Positions 25,281 to 40,066 of a stretch of 64,000 nt of DNA are shown here, in pieces (position 1 is the first letter of the stretch; each line of letters opens with the position of its first letter). The stretch covers positions 558,001 to 622,000 of the forward strand of contig JASVEC010000028.1 in NCBI GenBank assembly GCA_030770535.1, written 5' to 3'. Origin of the DNA: Batkoa obscura (lineage: Eukaryota). A program made the translations under genes and the position numbers. The notes beneath the pieces were generated by a model. That model was not told the origin of the DNA and ran no database searches. It saw only the letters and a list, made by a program, of their open reading frames with translations.

Positions 25281-26724
25281 ATGCCATCCATATTCAATTT
25301 ACCAATTCATTATTTATTTTTATTTATATTAATTATCAATTTGATTCTAATATGTACTTTATCATTATTAAGTAGTAGTAATATTAATACTAATATTGAA
25401 GATTCTTTAAAATCGGATAATATCAATAGTAACTTTGGGAACTTTTTGCATATCACTGGCAAGTATAAAATAATAATACATTATTTAATAATAATTATAT
25501 TAACTTTATATTTTAGATATTCATGAGGATATGAATTATATAGAAGGAGCGACAGTAGATAGTTATTGTCATCGAAAAGGAAAATCGAATGATAAAAAAA
25601 GTGGTAAATATGGAGCATTAGGAAGTAAATGTGATAGTCCACATACTTTAGTTAAGGAAAGTTTTGATTTTATGAAAAAGGAATTTGAAAATCAAATAGA
25701 TTTTATTATTGATACGGGAGATAGTATAAGACATAATAGAGATGAATCTTTATTAAGAGATAATTCAGAGATATTAAATTCACATAAGAGAACAGTAGAA
25801 TATTATAAGAATGCATTTGATTTAAACAAGATGACAGTAATACCTAATTTAGGAAATAACGACATTTTTATTCATAATGAATTTAATACTAATTCAAGTA
25901 TATTAAAAGAGTTAGCTAAGATTTGGTTACCTTATAGATTAAATTTAGAAAATAACCCAACCTTTTTAAAAGGAGGGTATTTTAAAATGGATTTATCAGA
26001 GAGTATTAAAGTATTATCATTAAATACATTAATTTGGTATAAAAGGAATTCAATATTAAAAGATTGTAATGAAGATACTATTGGCTATGAACAATTAATC
26101 TGGTTAAAACAAGAACTAAATGAAGCAATGAATCAAAATTATAAAGTTTATATAACTGGACATGTACCTCCACATAAACCGAATGGTAAAGCATTATATA
26201 AAAAACAATGTTATAAAAAATACATCAATTTAATTGGAAAATATTCATTAATAATTAATGGATATTTTCATGGTCATACTAATTCCGATTATATTTCTAT
26301 ATTAGTCAAATATAAAAATAAAGATAAAAAAAAATTTCGATATAATAAAGAAAATAATTGGAATTTTAAATTGATTACATTAACTCAAGATAAACCTTCC
26401 TTTACTTTATCACCAGCTGAAATTGTAACTGTAATGACCAACGGACCTTCTATATTACCTATTAATAATCCAGCTGTTAGATTATATACTTATGATCGTA
26501 ATCGAAAAGGTACATTAATGAAATATATTCAATATTATATTAATCTTACTCAATCAAATTTGGATCAAAAATTACAATTTAATATTGAATATGATACTAA
26601 ATCAACTTATAAAATGCAAGATTTATCTATTACTTCTTGGAAATTATTTTTAATTCAATTACTTAAATCAAAATCTAATCTCTATTCTATTTATTCGAAA
26701 TTTATTAAAGTATCAACTAAATAA
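25281..26724 (+). CDS. PPN1: Endopolyphosphatase Ppn1-like / ASMase-like calcineurin-type metallophosphoesterase with N-terminal TM anchor
   Basis: FLHITDIH (spliced across a GC-AG intron 25459-25516), GKYGALGSKCDSP, TGDSIRH, LGNND, ITGHVPP, FHGHTNSD, PSILPINNPAVRLY. Confidence 0.85.
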
Positions 26725-26847
26725 ATTACATTAAGTTGAAGTTAAGTGAAGTATGGGTATTATTAAATAAATAAAGATGCATAATAAATGAATAAACTTT
26801 CTAATTTATACCATTTATAATTTTATTTACTTTAACTACCTAGAACT

Positions 26848-27387
26848 TTAATTCCTATTTTTCAACAAGCCTAAGCTTTGCATTTTCTTTGCGAAAGTAG
26901 GGGTAAGAGCGGCGGTGAGGGGCACTCTAATAGGCACGAGTAATTTATGAATAGAATAAGCGACTGCAAAAGTAGACCAAAAAGAAGGTTTATTATTTTC
27001 GGATAATTCAAATTGTTTCTCAATCCCAATTAAATTTAACAAATTTTGTAATTGAGATTGTAAATAAAACACTTGTTCTTCACCACCAAAATGTAATAAT
27101 GAAAAGGTAATACTAAGATCAATTAAGGAAATACTATTATAAACTATAAATGCAGCTAATCCATATTTTTTCATTAAATCTTTAAGACCTAATTTGGCTG
27201 GTGGAGAGTTTAGAGTATCACTCGTGTTTGGTGCAGAGTTCTTCTCTTTGGATGTGTCTTTTGTAATTTGAGTTGCTACAATCCATCGATTTTGATTTAA
27301 TTTGAAATTATTGAATAGTAATTGATTATTAAATAAAATGGTACTACTCTTTGATTTGGTCCATAATAATCTATTTAATCTCATCAT
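26848..27387 (-). CDS. FAM210/DUF1279 mitochondrial membrane protein
   Basis: Basic presequence-like N-terminus, LKDLMKKYG...YNSISLIDL, FAVAYSIHKLLVPIRVPLTAALTP. Confidence 0.85.
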   Translation of the reverse strand: MMRLNRLLWTKSKSSTILFNNQLLFNNFKLNQNRWIVATQITKDTSKEKNSAPNTSDTLNSPPAKLGLKDLMKKYGLAAFIVYNSISLIDLSITFSLLHFGGEEQVFYLQSQLQNLLNLIGIEKQFELSENNKPSFWSTFAVAYSIHKLLVPIRVPLTAALTPTFAKKMQSLGLLKNRN

Positions 27388-27899
27388 TCTTCTTTTTATT
27401 AATCTCTTCTTCTATAATTTATATCTAGTTTTAAGATAAGTTCTTATATATTGGTTACACTAATACTATATTATTAACTTAAAGTTTAAAATAATTCACT
27501 TTCTAATTTTTATCTAGTAAAAAAAGTGATATCTGACATCATTCTATTAATTAGAAATATTGATATAGCTCCTTTTTGTTAATTTAGCCAATAGGAAATT
27601 AGATTAGTTTAATGAATTATGGAGTTGAATTAAACTATAGTTTACATTACTAAAGAATCAAGTGTAAGCAGTAACATCCAGATATTAAAAATTATATTGT
27701 TATCAAAAAGAACATCAAAAGCTAAATCATAGTGTTTTTGAAAAAACCAATGAAACTAAAACAAGTAATTTTTTTAATAAAAAAAGATAAATTCTTCAAA
27801 CTCTAAAATACCTCAAAACAATAATTCCAATAACTATATAACGATAAGCATTAAGTAATTCGATAAAATTCAATAGAAGCTTCCTAATTTTTTAAAAAG

Positions 27900-30800
27900 A
27901 TGAATTTAAAACCTCAATTGTTTTTAATTCTACTTGGAATTTTATTTCATCTCATTTATATCTTTTCCATTTTTGATATTTATTTTACTTCTCCCCTCGT
28001 GAAAGGACAAGAGTCATATAAAGTAGAATTACCACCATTAGCTAAACGATTAGTACTAATAGTAGGTAAGTCATTCTTTAAATTATTTATATTTTATAAA
28101 ATTTTCTTTTATACTAATATTTCCTTCAATTCATAGGTGATGGTTTAAGAGCAGATACCTTTTATAAAGATAATCCAGAAGTATTGGCACCCTTTTTACA
28201 TTCTATTATTAGAGAAAAAGGTAGTGGTGGTATTTCTAATACTAGAGTACCAACCGAATCGAGACCAGGTCATGTAGCTATTATTGCGGGGTTTTATGAG
28301 GATGTATCAGCTGTAACAAAAGGTAATATTTGATATGTCAATTAGATTAAAGAAATTGTTATAAAGAAATTTAAAAAAAGTATATGAAAATTGAATTTAT
28401 TGATGGGAATTGATTAAAATATTTTAATTATTATTATTATTATTAAAAAATGTTTTAGGTTGGTCATTAAATCCAGTATCTTTTGATTCTGTATTTAATC
28501 AATCAAATAAAGTGTTTTCTTATGGCTCACCAGATATATTACCTATGTTTAAAGAGGGAGCAAAATATCCAGAAAATGTAATTTGTAATATGTATCATGA
28601 AGATGATGAAGATTTTTCAAAAGGTAAATATTATTAAGAGTATTATAAATTATTTATAATAATAATAATAATAATAATAATTCAATCGATTTTTTAACAT
28701 TGAATATTTAGATCCTCGTAAATTAGATGAATGGGTATTTAATGAATTATCTCAACATTTAAATGAAACATCCAAAGAAAAGGATTTTAAAAGAGAAAAA
28801 AATGTAATATTTTTACATATGTTAGGATTAGATACAGCAGGTCATGGTTATCGGCCTAATAGTCAAAAATATAAAGATTCAATGATTTATTTAGATCAAA
28901 AAATCAAAGAAATTTATCATTTAATTGAAAATTATTATGGAGATAATGAAACAGCTTATCTTTTTACCTCAGATCACGGGATGGGGAATTTGGGTAAATA
29001 TTTTTTGTTTATTTAATATATTAATATTGAATATTGAATTAAAAAATGATTAAAGGATAAATGAATTAATAAAGTATTTTTTTATGTTAGGTTCTCATGG
29101 TGATGGTCATCCTGATAATACTAGAACTCCTATTGTGGCTTGGGGTAAAGGTATTAAAAAGAGTCAAATTAATGAAAATGAAATAGAAGAGAAAGAATTT
29201 AAATCATGGAAAATTAGTTCCTATTTCAAAAAAAGTTTAAATCAAGCAGATATTGCTCCATTAATGGTAAGTCTATTAATTAATAATAATAATCATTTGT
29301 GATTTGATTATGTAAGATTTAATTATTAATACTTTTTTCTATTAGTCTTCTTTGTTAGGAATTAATTTTCCAATGAATTCAGTGGGTAAATTACCGTTAG
29401 ATTATTTAGATGCCAATGATTCTTTTTTAGCTGAAGCTAAATTAGTTAATGTAAAACAAATTTTACATCAATATATTGTTAAAGAAGGTAAATTAATATT
29501 AACAAAATAGATTAAATAATATTAATAAATAAATAAAATAGAATTAAAACAACAAAATGAATTATTTTATGAAAAGTATCATTTTAAAAATCATCAAGAG
29601 CCATCTGAAATTGTCAATAATATACAAAGTTTAATTCAACAGAAAAAATATAATAAGGCAATTATTGAGTCAGATTTATTTATTGATGAATTATTACAAG
29701 CATTAAGATATTTACAAACTTATGATTGGTTATTTTTAAGAACTATTATTACTTTAGGTTATTTAGGTTGGATTATATTTACATTAATATTTATATTGGA
29801 AAATCAAAATAATAATAATAATAATAATAATAATGAAAAGTATAATAAGAAGAGTAATATTAATTATGAGAAGATAATTCATTTAATAAGTATAGTTACA
29901 TTAATTATAATGTATATTATTTTATATAAAAAACAATCTCCTTTATTTTATTTTGGTTATATATTGTTTCCAATTTATTTTTGGAATCAAACTATTATTA
30001 ATAGAAATAGTTTAATTACTGCAATTAAAAATACAAAAATTAGTAAATTAATTCAAGTAGTAATTATTACTTTAATTTGTTTAGAATTAATGGTAAGTCA
30101 ATATTTGATTATTATATATAATTATAATAATTATAATATTATAAAGTATTATGAATTTTTAATAAATTTTATTTTTAATTAGGTATTTTCTTATTTTAAA
30201 AGAAGTATATTATCCTTTGGATTTTTATTATTATCTATTTTACCATGGTTAAAAATCAGTCAAATCCAAGTGCAAAATAGATTATTAATAATTTGGAGTA
30301 TTGTTTGTTTAATGAATGCCACGTTCCCTACATTTTCGGTTGAAAAAGTAGAAGATATTAATTTAGTGTAAGTTTTAATTTTTATTATTTATTTATTATT
30401 TTTTAAGTTAAAAAATTTATTAATTAGTGTTTTTGGTGGATTTATTATTATATTAATTGGATTAACTGGTATTTATTTTGCTAAAGAATTAATACCTTCA
30501 GCAGTTATTAGTTTTGAAAGTGATAATAAAAGAAAGCAAAGTGATGAGAGTATTAAAAATGAAATATTGGAAGTTCGTAAAAGATTACTAATACAAGTAA
30601 GATTAGTTTATTATTATTTTATTATAAAAATAATCTAATTAATATATAATTATATTTATTAGATATTATTTATAATTATATCAATAATACAAATGTATTT
30701 AAGTAGTAATCAATTAAAATTAAGACATCGAAATGAGAATTTAGTATTAGCTAAATTTGAAGATGTAGGAGATATTGTACCACCTTATTTACATTATTTA

Positions 30801-31614
30801 GGTTGGTTAATATTATCTATTTCAATTATTTATTTAATTTTAATTAATAATATAAAACAACATTATTTATTAAAATTAATATCAATTTTTTTGGCATTTG
30901 CACCAAGTTATATTATTTTATCAATATCGTAAGTTATTTCTTTTTTTTTGTTTTTTTAAAGGAAACTAAATTAATTATTATTTTAGATATGAAATTTTAT
31001 TTTATTCTACACTGTTTGGATTATTATTTACTTGGATTATTATGGAGCAAATTAATTTTAAAAATAAGCAATTAGTGATAGTCAATAATAATAGCAATAT
31101 GAATAATAATAATAATAATAATAATAATATGAACATAAATCAATTATTTCAAAAATTAAGTTTGAATGAATTAAAACAAAGTTTATTATTTTTATTTTTA
31201 ATCAATGTATCTTTCTTTAGTTGTGGTAATATGGCATCGATCTCTTCCTTTTCACTTGAAGCAGTTTATCGATTAACAGTTAAATTTAATCCCTTTTTGA
31301 TGGGTACATTATTGATCTTTAAGATATTAATTCCCTTCTTTTTATTATCTTCTAGTATAACAATTATTAATCAATTATTGAATTTAGAACCATTTTCTAT
31401 CTTCTTATTAAGTTTATCATTAACTGATATAATGACTTTAAATTTTTTCTTTTTAGTTAAAGATGAAGGTTCTTGGTTGGAAATTGGTACTTCCATTTCT
31501 CATTTTATTATTGCTAGTTCTTTTGTTTTATTTATTACACTTCTTTATTTTTTGGCTTATTTACTTACAAAATGGACGATGTTGCCTAAGTATAAAAGTT
31601 TAAAGATGAAATAA
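27900..31614 (+). CDS. MCD4: GPI ethanolamine phosphate transferase 1 (PIG-N), ~10 exons
   Basis: [100 protein letters not shown]. Confidence 0.95.
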
Positions 31615-31725
31615 AATGAAATAAAATGAAAAAAAGGATAAAATAAAAGAGAATAAAAAAAACATAAGAAATCAATATTATCATTTTTTATTATTAATAA
31701 ATAAACAGTTTAATAGAATTTATTT

Positions 31726-33061
31726 TTATTCCAATTTTTTCATTAAATAATCTATTTTATCATTTAAATTTGGTATTTCTTTTAATAAACAATTTAATTG
31801 ATTTTGACTTTCATTATAACTTTGAGAATATTTTATAAGTTGATTTTCTAATTGATTTTTTTCCAATTGTAATTTTTCAATTTCTTGATATAATTGTTGA
31901 TTATTATCCACTTCATTTGTATTATCATTAGTGATAAGTTCATTATTCCTTTTTAATAACTTAAATTTTAATTCTTCTTTTTCTTTCTTTTGTTGTTTCA
32001 ATAATTCTAACTTATTTTCATAATGTTTCTTCTGTATCTCCAATTGAATTTCTAATAATTCCACTTCATCCTCAAAGTATTTCCCCTTCTTTCCCATTTG
32101 TAATTCTAAATCAATTTCCTTTTCTTTACTACTAGTAGTTACTCTACCATCATTAATCAATTTTCCATAAATAAAATCCAATAATTGATTATCTTTTAAT
32201 CTCAATCCAATCGAATGTTGATAATCTTTACAATGACTACTTGTATGTTGAAAACAACCTTTAAACCCACAAATTAAACATAAATAACGTTCTAAATTAT
32301 CTGTACATGAATGACATGAATCTTTTTTTTCATTTTTAAACTCTTCTATCACTTGAAAATGTGAATGACGACATAATGGACATCTAATGAATATTAATTA
32401 TTAATCTCTTTTTAATTATTCTAATTATATAAATAAATAAATAAAATTCCTTACTTAGTTTCATTCCAATTGAACATACAATTGGCATGAAATATATGAC
32501 CACATGATAAAGTTAATGTTGAAAACTTACTATCTAATGTTAGTTTATCTAAACATACAGCACAATGAGATAACTCCATTGAGTTATCCGAAAATAAAAT
32601 TAAATTTTTACTAATGCTTAAATTGCTATTGAATACTTGTTGTTGATAATATAATGTATTAATTTTTTCAAATGAGTTGGGATTACTCTATTTGGGAGAT
32701 TAATAAGTTAATTAACATATTTAAGCTTTGAATTAAACTAATTTACCTTTAAATAAAATTCCATATTCGCTTCTTTTTTTAATTCAATAATACAATGAAA
32801 TTTTTTATCTTGATTTTTTTTATCTAGAATAAATAGCATCTCATTAACATTTTCCAAATCGATATTACTCTTCTGTAATGTTTCACTGACATTATAATAT
32901 GTCGGGATATCTTTCCATAATAATAAATTGGAAAATGGTGAAATCAATCGTTGGTTGAGTGATAAAATGTTTTCTTTTCTTGGGCTATTATGTTTATAAA
33001 AGTGGTATTCGGATGTAGATTCGTTAAAAGAGCCATAGAATATACTGTCTTTATAATTCAT
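31726..33061 (-). CDS. BRAP/ETP1-family protein A: intact RING-H2, degenerate ZnF-UBP, coiled coil (3 exons)
   Basis: Exons 33061-32747, 32687-32455 and 32383-31726 splice in frame; ELSHCAVCLDKL...SCGHIFHANCMFNWNETKCPLCRH; ZnF-UBP reads YLCLICGFKGCFQHTSSHCKDYQH...LLDFIYG. Confidence 0.8.
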
Positions 33062-33275
33062 TTTTTTTATTGATAATTTAAAAACGTTTAAAATTAATAA
33101 CTGGTGAAATCTCTATTTAATATTTTATTCCATTAAATGAACTTGAATTTCGTTAGTAATTTAACTTTCAAAAAATGTCATCTTTTTTAACAACCAATCA
33201 ATTTCATCAGAGTGATAATTAATTTTAATATAAGCTTTTAAAAATAATCACATTACTTTTATTTCTATTAAAATA

Positions 33276-34924
33276 ATGCATACCATTCAATTCCAATTAT
33301 CAACAGACTATAAACAAAGATTAAAATCAACTATATTATCTCACTCATCTAAATCAACTTTACAAAAAGAACTTCCCACATTATTAGAAACTATAACAAA
33401 TTGGAAAACAATCCACCCTTCACTAAATATTCCCGATTTACCTTCCTTTTTAAATTTACCATTTAATTTGTATAATAAGTATTTCAATTTAAACTTAGGC
33501 GGATGTTATCTATTTGATTTTAACTTAAATCATAATATAACTACATCTACAACCCCTAATATTAGCCTTAGTGGTATCAATTTTAGTTTTTCACCAGAAA
33601 AATCAAAAACATTTATAACAATAAAAAATTATAATTTAGGTTCCAATACCAGTTTTCATTTATATAAAGAAAGAAGTGATATATTATTAAATAAATTAGA
33701 CACAAAAGAGGAATTATTACTTGGTAATGATAATGATAATTTGGTTTCTATCGTTAGCATACCCAAAGAATATAATTTATTGAAGTTATTGAATTTTTTT
33801 GATGCTTATTTAGCAAGTAAAGAATTAAAGAAGGTTAATTTATTAATTAGTTATAAAGAAGATGAAATGAAATTGATATTTAATTTAAATTTTATCAATT
33901 TCAATACTGCATTGGAGTTTTATAACCACTTTAATGGTCAACCTTTTGAAAATAATCAAGTAAGTTTTATATTTATTTATTATTATAATTTTATGTTTAC
34001 GTTTTATATTTTATATTTTATATTTAGTCATCTTATTGTTTCGTTTTATTTACTCAATTTAATTTATCCTTATCTACTCAATCTACTCAATCTTCTTCTA
34101 AATATCATTGGGAATTACCTATGTGTATAAATTGTCTATTAAGATTAGATATTCAAGTCACTGGTTTAAGAGATATACCCAATAATTTAAATAACATTTC
34201 CCAAATTCAAAACAATTTCCATTGTAAAACATGCACAATAATTAATCAAGATTTACAATTAAATGAAGGTTGTAATACGTGTGGGTTTCAACAAGATTCA
34301 TGGATTTGTATGTTATGTTCCCATATTGGCTGTGGTCGATATTATCAAGCTCATGCTAGAAAACATTTTGAAGATACTAAACATACCTTGGCTCTAGAAT
34401 TAAAGACGAATAGAATTTGGGATTATATTAGTGATAAATATCAACATCGAATTGACGATAAAATGGATGTTAATGAGAGTAGAAAAAGTAAGATGGAGAA
34501 TGTGAGAATGGAGGAAGTACAAAGGTTAAGTGAAGAATTATATCGACAAGGTATTGAATTTGAAAAAGAAATAAGTCAATTTGAAAAAGAATGTAATGAA
34601 TTGGATAGTGAAAATCAAGATATTGAAATGGAATATCAATTGAGAGTTAAAGAGAAGAATAAAACAATACAAAAAAAAGTGAAAAAAGAAAAGAAATTAA
34701 TATTTAAAAAAAAAGAATTGGAAAAAAATATTAATGAACAAAGTTTATTATTAAAGAATATAATTCAAAACAATTTATCAGTGCAAAAAGAATTAAAACA
34801 GGCAGAATTAAATTATAATGAATTAAAAGATCAATTTCAAGATTTATCTTTTTTTTTAAATTCAAAATTAAAGATTCAAAATGATCTTATTGAAGCTGAT
34901 AATGGCACTTTAATTTTAAAATAA
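33276..34924 (+). CDS. BRAP/ETP1-family protein B: BRAP2 RRM, degenerate RING, intact ZnF-UBP, coiled coil (2 exons)
   Basis: Phase-0 intron 33960-34027; ALEFYNHFNGQPFE (BRAP2 domain), ELPMCINCLLRLD...HCKTC, WICMLCSHIGCGRYYQAHARKHFEDTKH...IWDYISDKYQHRI, C-terminal ELKDQFQDLSFFL. Confidence 0.85.
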
Positions 34925-34976
34925 TAAAGTAATATTTATTTTAAATTTGAATTTTTATAATTTTACTTGATTCAAA

Positions 34977-36644
<1,668 letters not shown>

Positions 36645-37058
36645 TTTTAATAACTTTTCTTTTTTATGTAGAAAAAATAACTGAAAATTGAATAATTCGA
36701 TATTTATAAGAATTTTTAAAATGTCACTAAAATGATGAGATCATTTAAAATTCGATTGGTTTCTTCCATTTTGAAATTTCGCTGTTGTGATATATTTACT
36801 GATTTTGGATTTGATAATAAACTCAAAGAATAGAATAAAAACTAATTCTTATAAATATCAGGTTATATTAGGTTCGATATTGATTATTTTTACATATTTA
36901 AAAGCGTAGTTTTTGCTATAGATTAGTAATATTAAAAAATTCTATAAGTGATTAATAATTCTACTGAGTGGGAATGTACCTAGATGGAGGAGTTTGATTT
37001 TTGAAGTTGAAAACTAAATTTTAAAATTCGAGAAATGTCCATTATTTTTTAAATATGT

Positions 37059-37155
37059 GGGGGATGTATTTTTTGTAAGAATTTTACTAACAATTTTTCT
37101 ATTCAAATAGCGCTTAAAAAATGTAAAAAGTGATGAAGTTAAAGAAAACATCCCC
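37059..37155 (-). mobile_element. MITE copy 13
   Basis: GGGGGATGT...ACATCCCC with ATGT TSD. Confidence 0.85.
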
Positions 37156-37548
37156 ATGTATATGCTATAAGGTTTATGACCACTTTGAAATCTTTTTTCT
37201 TATCATATATAAATAAATGCTATAATTAATAAAAAATTTATTATCATTTTTAAAATAACATTAATTATAAATACTTTTAATAATTAAATAAATAAATCAA
37301 ACTTTAATAGTTTAATTAATAATAATTAAATTTTAATAATAGGTTTCTTTAAAAGTATTATTAATTTTTAAATAACATATTTTTGAGCTTATGAGCAGTT
37401 ACAAAAAAGAACTATAAAAAATAAAAATTATATTTTAAATATCTTGAATAAAATTAAATAAAAATTAAATAATCAACAAAAAAACACTTATTAATATTAA
37501 CAAAGTTGAAGACCAGGGCTATTTTATGCATATAACAGCTCATTATAT

Positions 37549-37647
37549 GGGGGTATTTTTTTTGGCTTCATCACTTTTTCCGTCTTTTTAGCGCTATTTA
37601 AACGGAGGAATTGTTAGCAAAATTCTCAAACATAAAAATATATCCCC
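37549..37647 (+). mobile_element. MITE copy 14
   Basis: GGGGGTAT...ATATCCCC with ATAT TSD. Confidence 0.85.
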
Positions 37648-38123
37648 ATATGATAAACTATTAAAGCTTTTACATTAATTTAAATTTAAATTTATAAAAC
37701 TTTACTATTTTTACCTAATTAAAGTTAAATCAAACTCAGTTTTATCTGCTAATTTAATAATAAACATAAAATTATAAACATGCTTTTTTTTTAAAAATTA
37801 TTATTTTTATTTTATTTCAACTTAAAATCTACTTTACAAATTTTCTATCATTTTTCATTGCTAAATTAAAATTAATTATTTTCTAATTAAAAAAATATTA
37901 AATCTACAAAAAATAAATACTTTAAAGTATTATTCAGTTACTAATAATTCCTAAATAAATAGTAAAATAAAGCCATGATTATAATTATATTAAACTATAT
38001 ATATAGTTCAAATGGTTAAAAAACTAACAGGTTAATTACAATAAAATATTACAATAAAATATTAAAAAATAATATAAGAATAATTTTTCTTTATAATCTT
38101 TTTACTAGTATTAAGGGAACCAA

Positions 38124-38197
38124 GTTTCCGTGGTGTAGTTGGTTATCACATCTGTCTAACACACAGAAGGTCTCCAGTTCGAATCTGGACGGAAACA
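38124..38197 (+). tRNA. tRNA-Val(AAC)
   Basis: GTTTCCG/CGGAAAC acceptor stem, TCTGT-CT AAC AC-ACAGA anticodon arm, GTTCGAATC T-loop, T-run terminator immediately after. Confidence 0.95.
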
Positions 38198-38557
38198 TAT
38201 TTTTATTATTTTCCTAATCCTTTTCTAAGGATTAGGCTCCAAGTACGTACTATCACCAAGTATGTATATAATTTAATTAGTCAAATATACGCAACAGTAG
38301 TAGTGTTTTACTCCTTTGTTTGTTAAGTAGATACATTGACTTTCTTATAATCGAATTTTTAATGTTTGTTGTTAACAGTAATTTGAGTATTTTAATGTGT
38401 CTAATTTAGTATAAAATCCTAGCAGCTTGGAAAGATTTTACAACTAATTCCCAATAGGGACTAAAAATATAATAACCATTTAAGTAACCAATAAAAAGAA
38501 ACCTCGTCAATTTTTAAGTTTTCGAAATATTGAAATAAAAAATATCTTTTATTCAAA

Positions 38558-40066
38558 ATGCAATTCAATGCAAGCATTTATTTAATATTAGTAATATTGA
38601 TCGGGTTTATTTTATGTGATAGTGAATATTATGATCGATTAGGGGTCAAGAGAAGTAGTAGTAAATCAGAAATTAAAAAAGCGTATAAAAAATTAAGCAA
38701 AAAATATCATCCTGATAAAAATAATAATGATGAACAAGCTAAAGAAAAATTTGTTAAAATATCGGAAGGTAATTATTTTTATTTTATTTTAAATTAGCAA
38801 CAATAATTCTCTTATAATTTGTTAGCTTATGAAGTGTTAGTCGATGATGAGCTAAGAAGGAAGTATGATAAATATGGTAAAGAAGGTTTAAAACAAGGTG
38901 GTGGCGGAAGTCATCCATTCCAAGACCCATTTGATTTATTCGAATCGTAAGCTATACTTTTTTAATCGAATTTAAACTAATATTAATATTAATAGTTTCT
39001 TTGGCGGTGGCTCTGGGCGTAATTTTGATTAAGAAAAAAAGAGTGATAATTTAATTAATACATTCATATAGATCATCGTCATAGAGAAAGAAAAGCAGCA
39101 CCATTAAAAATGATGTTACAAGTTTCATTAGAGGATTTATATAATGGAAAAGAATATGAAGTAAGTTAAACTATTTTTGTTATCTATTTTAATATTCATA
39201 ATTTTACTAGGTGGAGATATCAAAGCAAGTCATTTGTCCTAAATGTCGCGGTAGCGGAGCCAAAGATAGCAATGACGTAAAGAAATGTGATGCTTGTCAA
39301 GGACGCGGAATAAGAATAATAACTCAACAAATAGCGCCAGGCTTTATACAGCAAGTACAAACAACGTAATATTGATCTTTATAGTATAAATTTATTTTAT
39401 TTAAAAATATATTATTTAGTTGTGATAAATGTAATGGTAAAGGTAAAGTTATTAAAACAAAATGTCCAATTTGTGGTGGTCATAAAGTGATCCGCGATAA
39501 TGAAATGCTATCCATTGTGGTGGAACGTGGTATGGCAAGTGATCATGTTATTTTATTAGAAGGTGAATCGGATCAATCACCTGATCATCCTCCAGCCGAT
39601 ATTCAAATAATATTAAATACTTTGAAACATGAACGATTTGAAAGGAATGGCTCTGATCTTTATACCGAATTTGAAATTCCTTTATTAGATGTAACTTATT
39701 ATCTACTCTCTATTTATTTTTTGTCTGATGTTATTTAAACAGGCTCTTGTTGGATTCAGTCGTACACTTATCCATTTAGATAATAGAGAAGTACTTTTAG
39801 AGAGAGACCAGGTTACACCTTCAGGTAAATTATTATGTTTTTAGCTATAATGATATCAATCTCATCGATTCAGGGTATGTACAATTGGTTGAAGATGAAG
39901 GTATGCCAACTCATGAGTTGCCTTCCGAGAAAGGCAATTTGTATGTTAAATATAAAGTGATCTATCCAACTGTTTTAGACGATAGTGTTAAAGAAGGTAA
40001 ATTTAGTTTAAAAAATGAAAAGTAAATTATTAACTATTTTTAGCTTTAAGGGAGTTATTAAAATAG
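38558..40066 (+). CDS. SCJ1: ER-lumenal type I DnaJ co-chaperone (Scj1/ERdj3-like)
   Basis: Signal peptide, J domain with HPD, G/F region, CxxCxGxG zinc repeats ([30 protein letters not shown]), DnaJ C-terminal domain; stop TAG 40064-40066. Confidence 0.9.

Noticed and set aside
37059..37647. Inverted MITE pair as the ends of one composite transposon (also 5544-6282)
   Set aside because: Copies 13 and 14 each have their own TSD (ATGT, ATAT); the outer flanks of neither pair match
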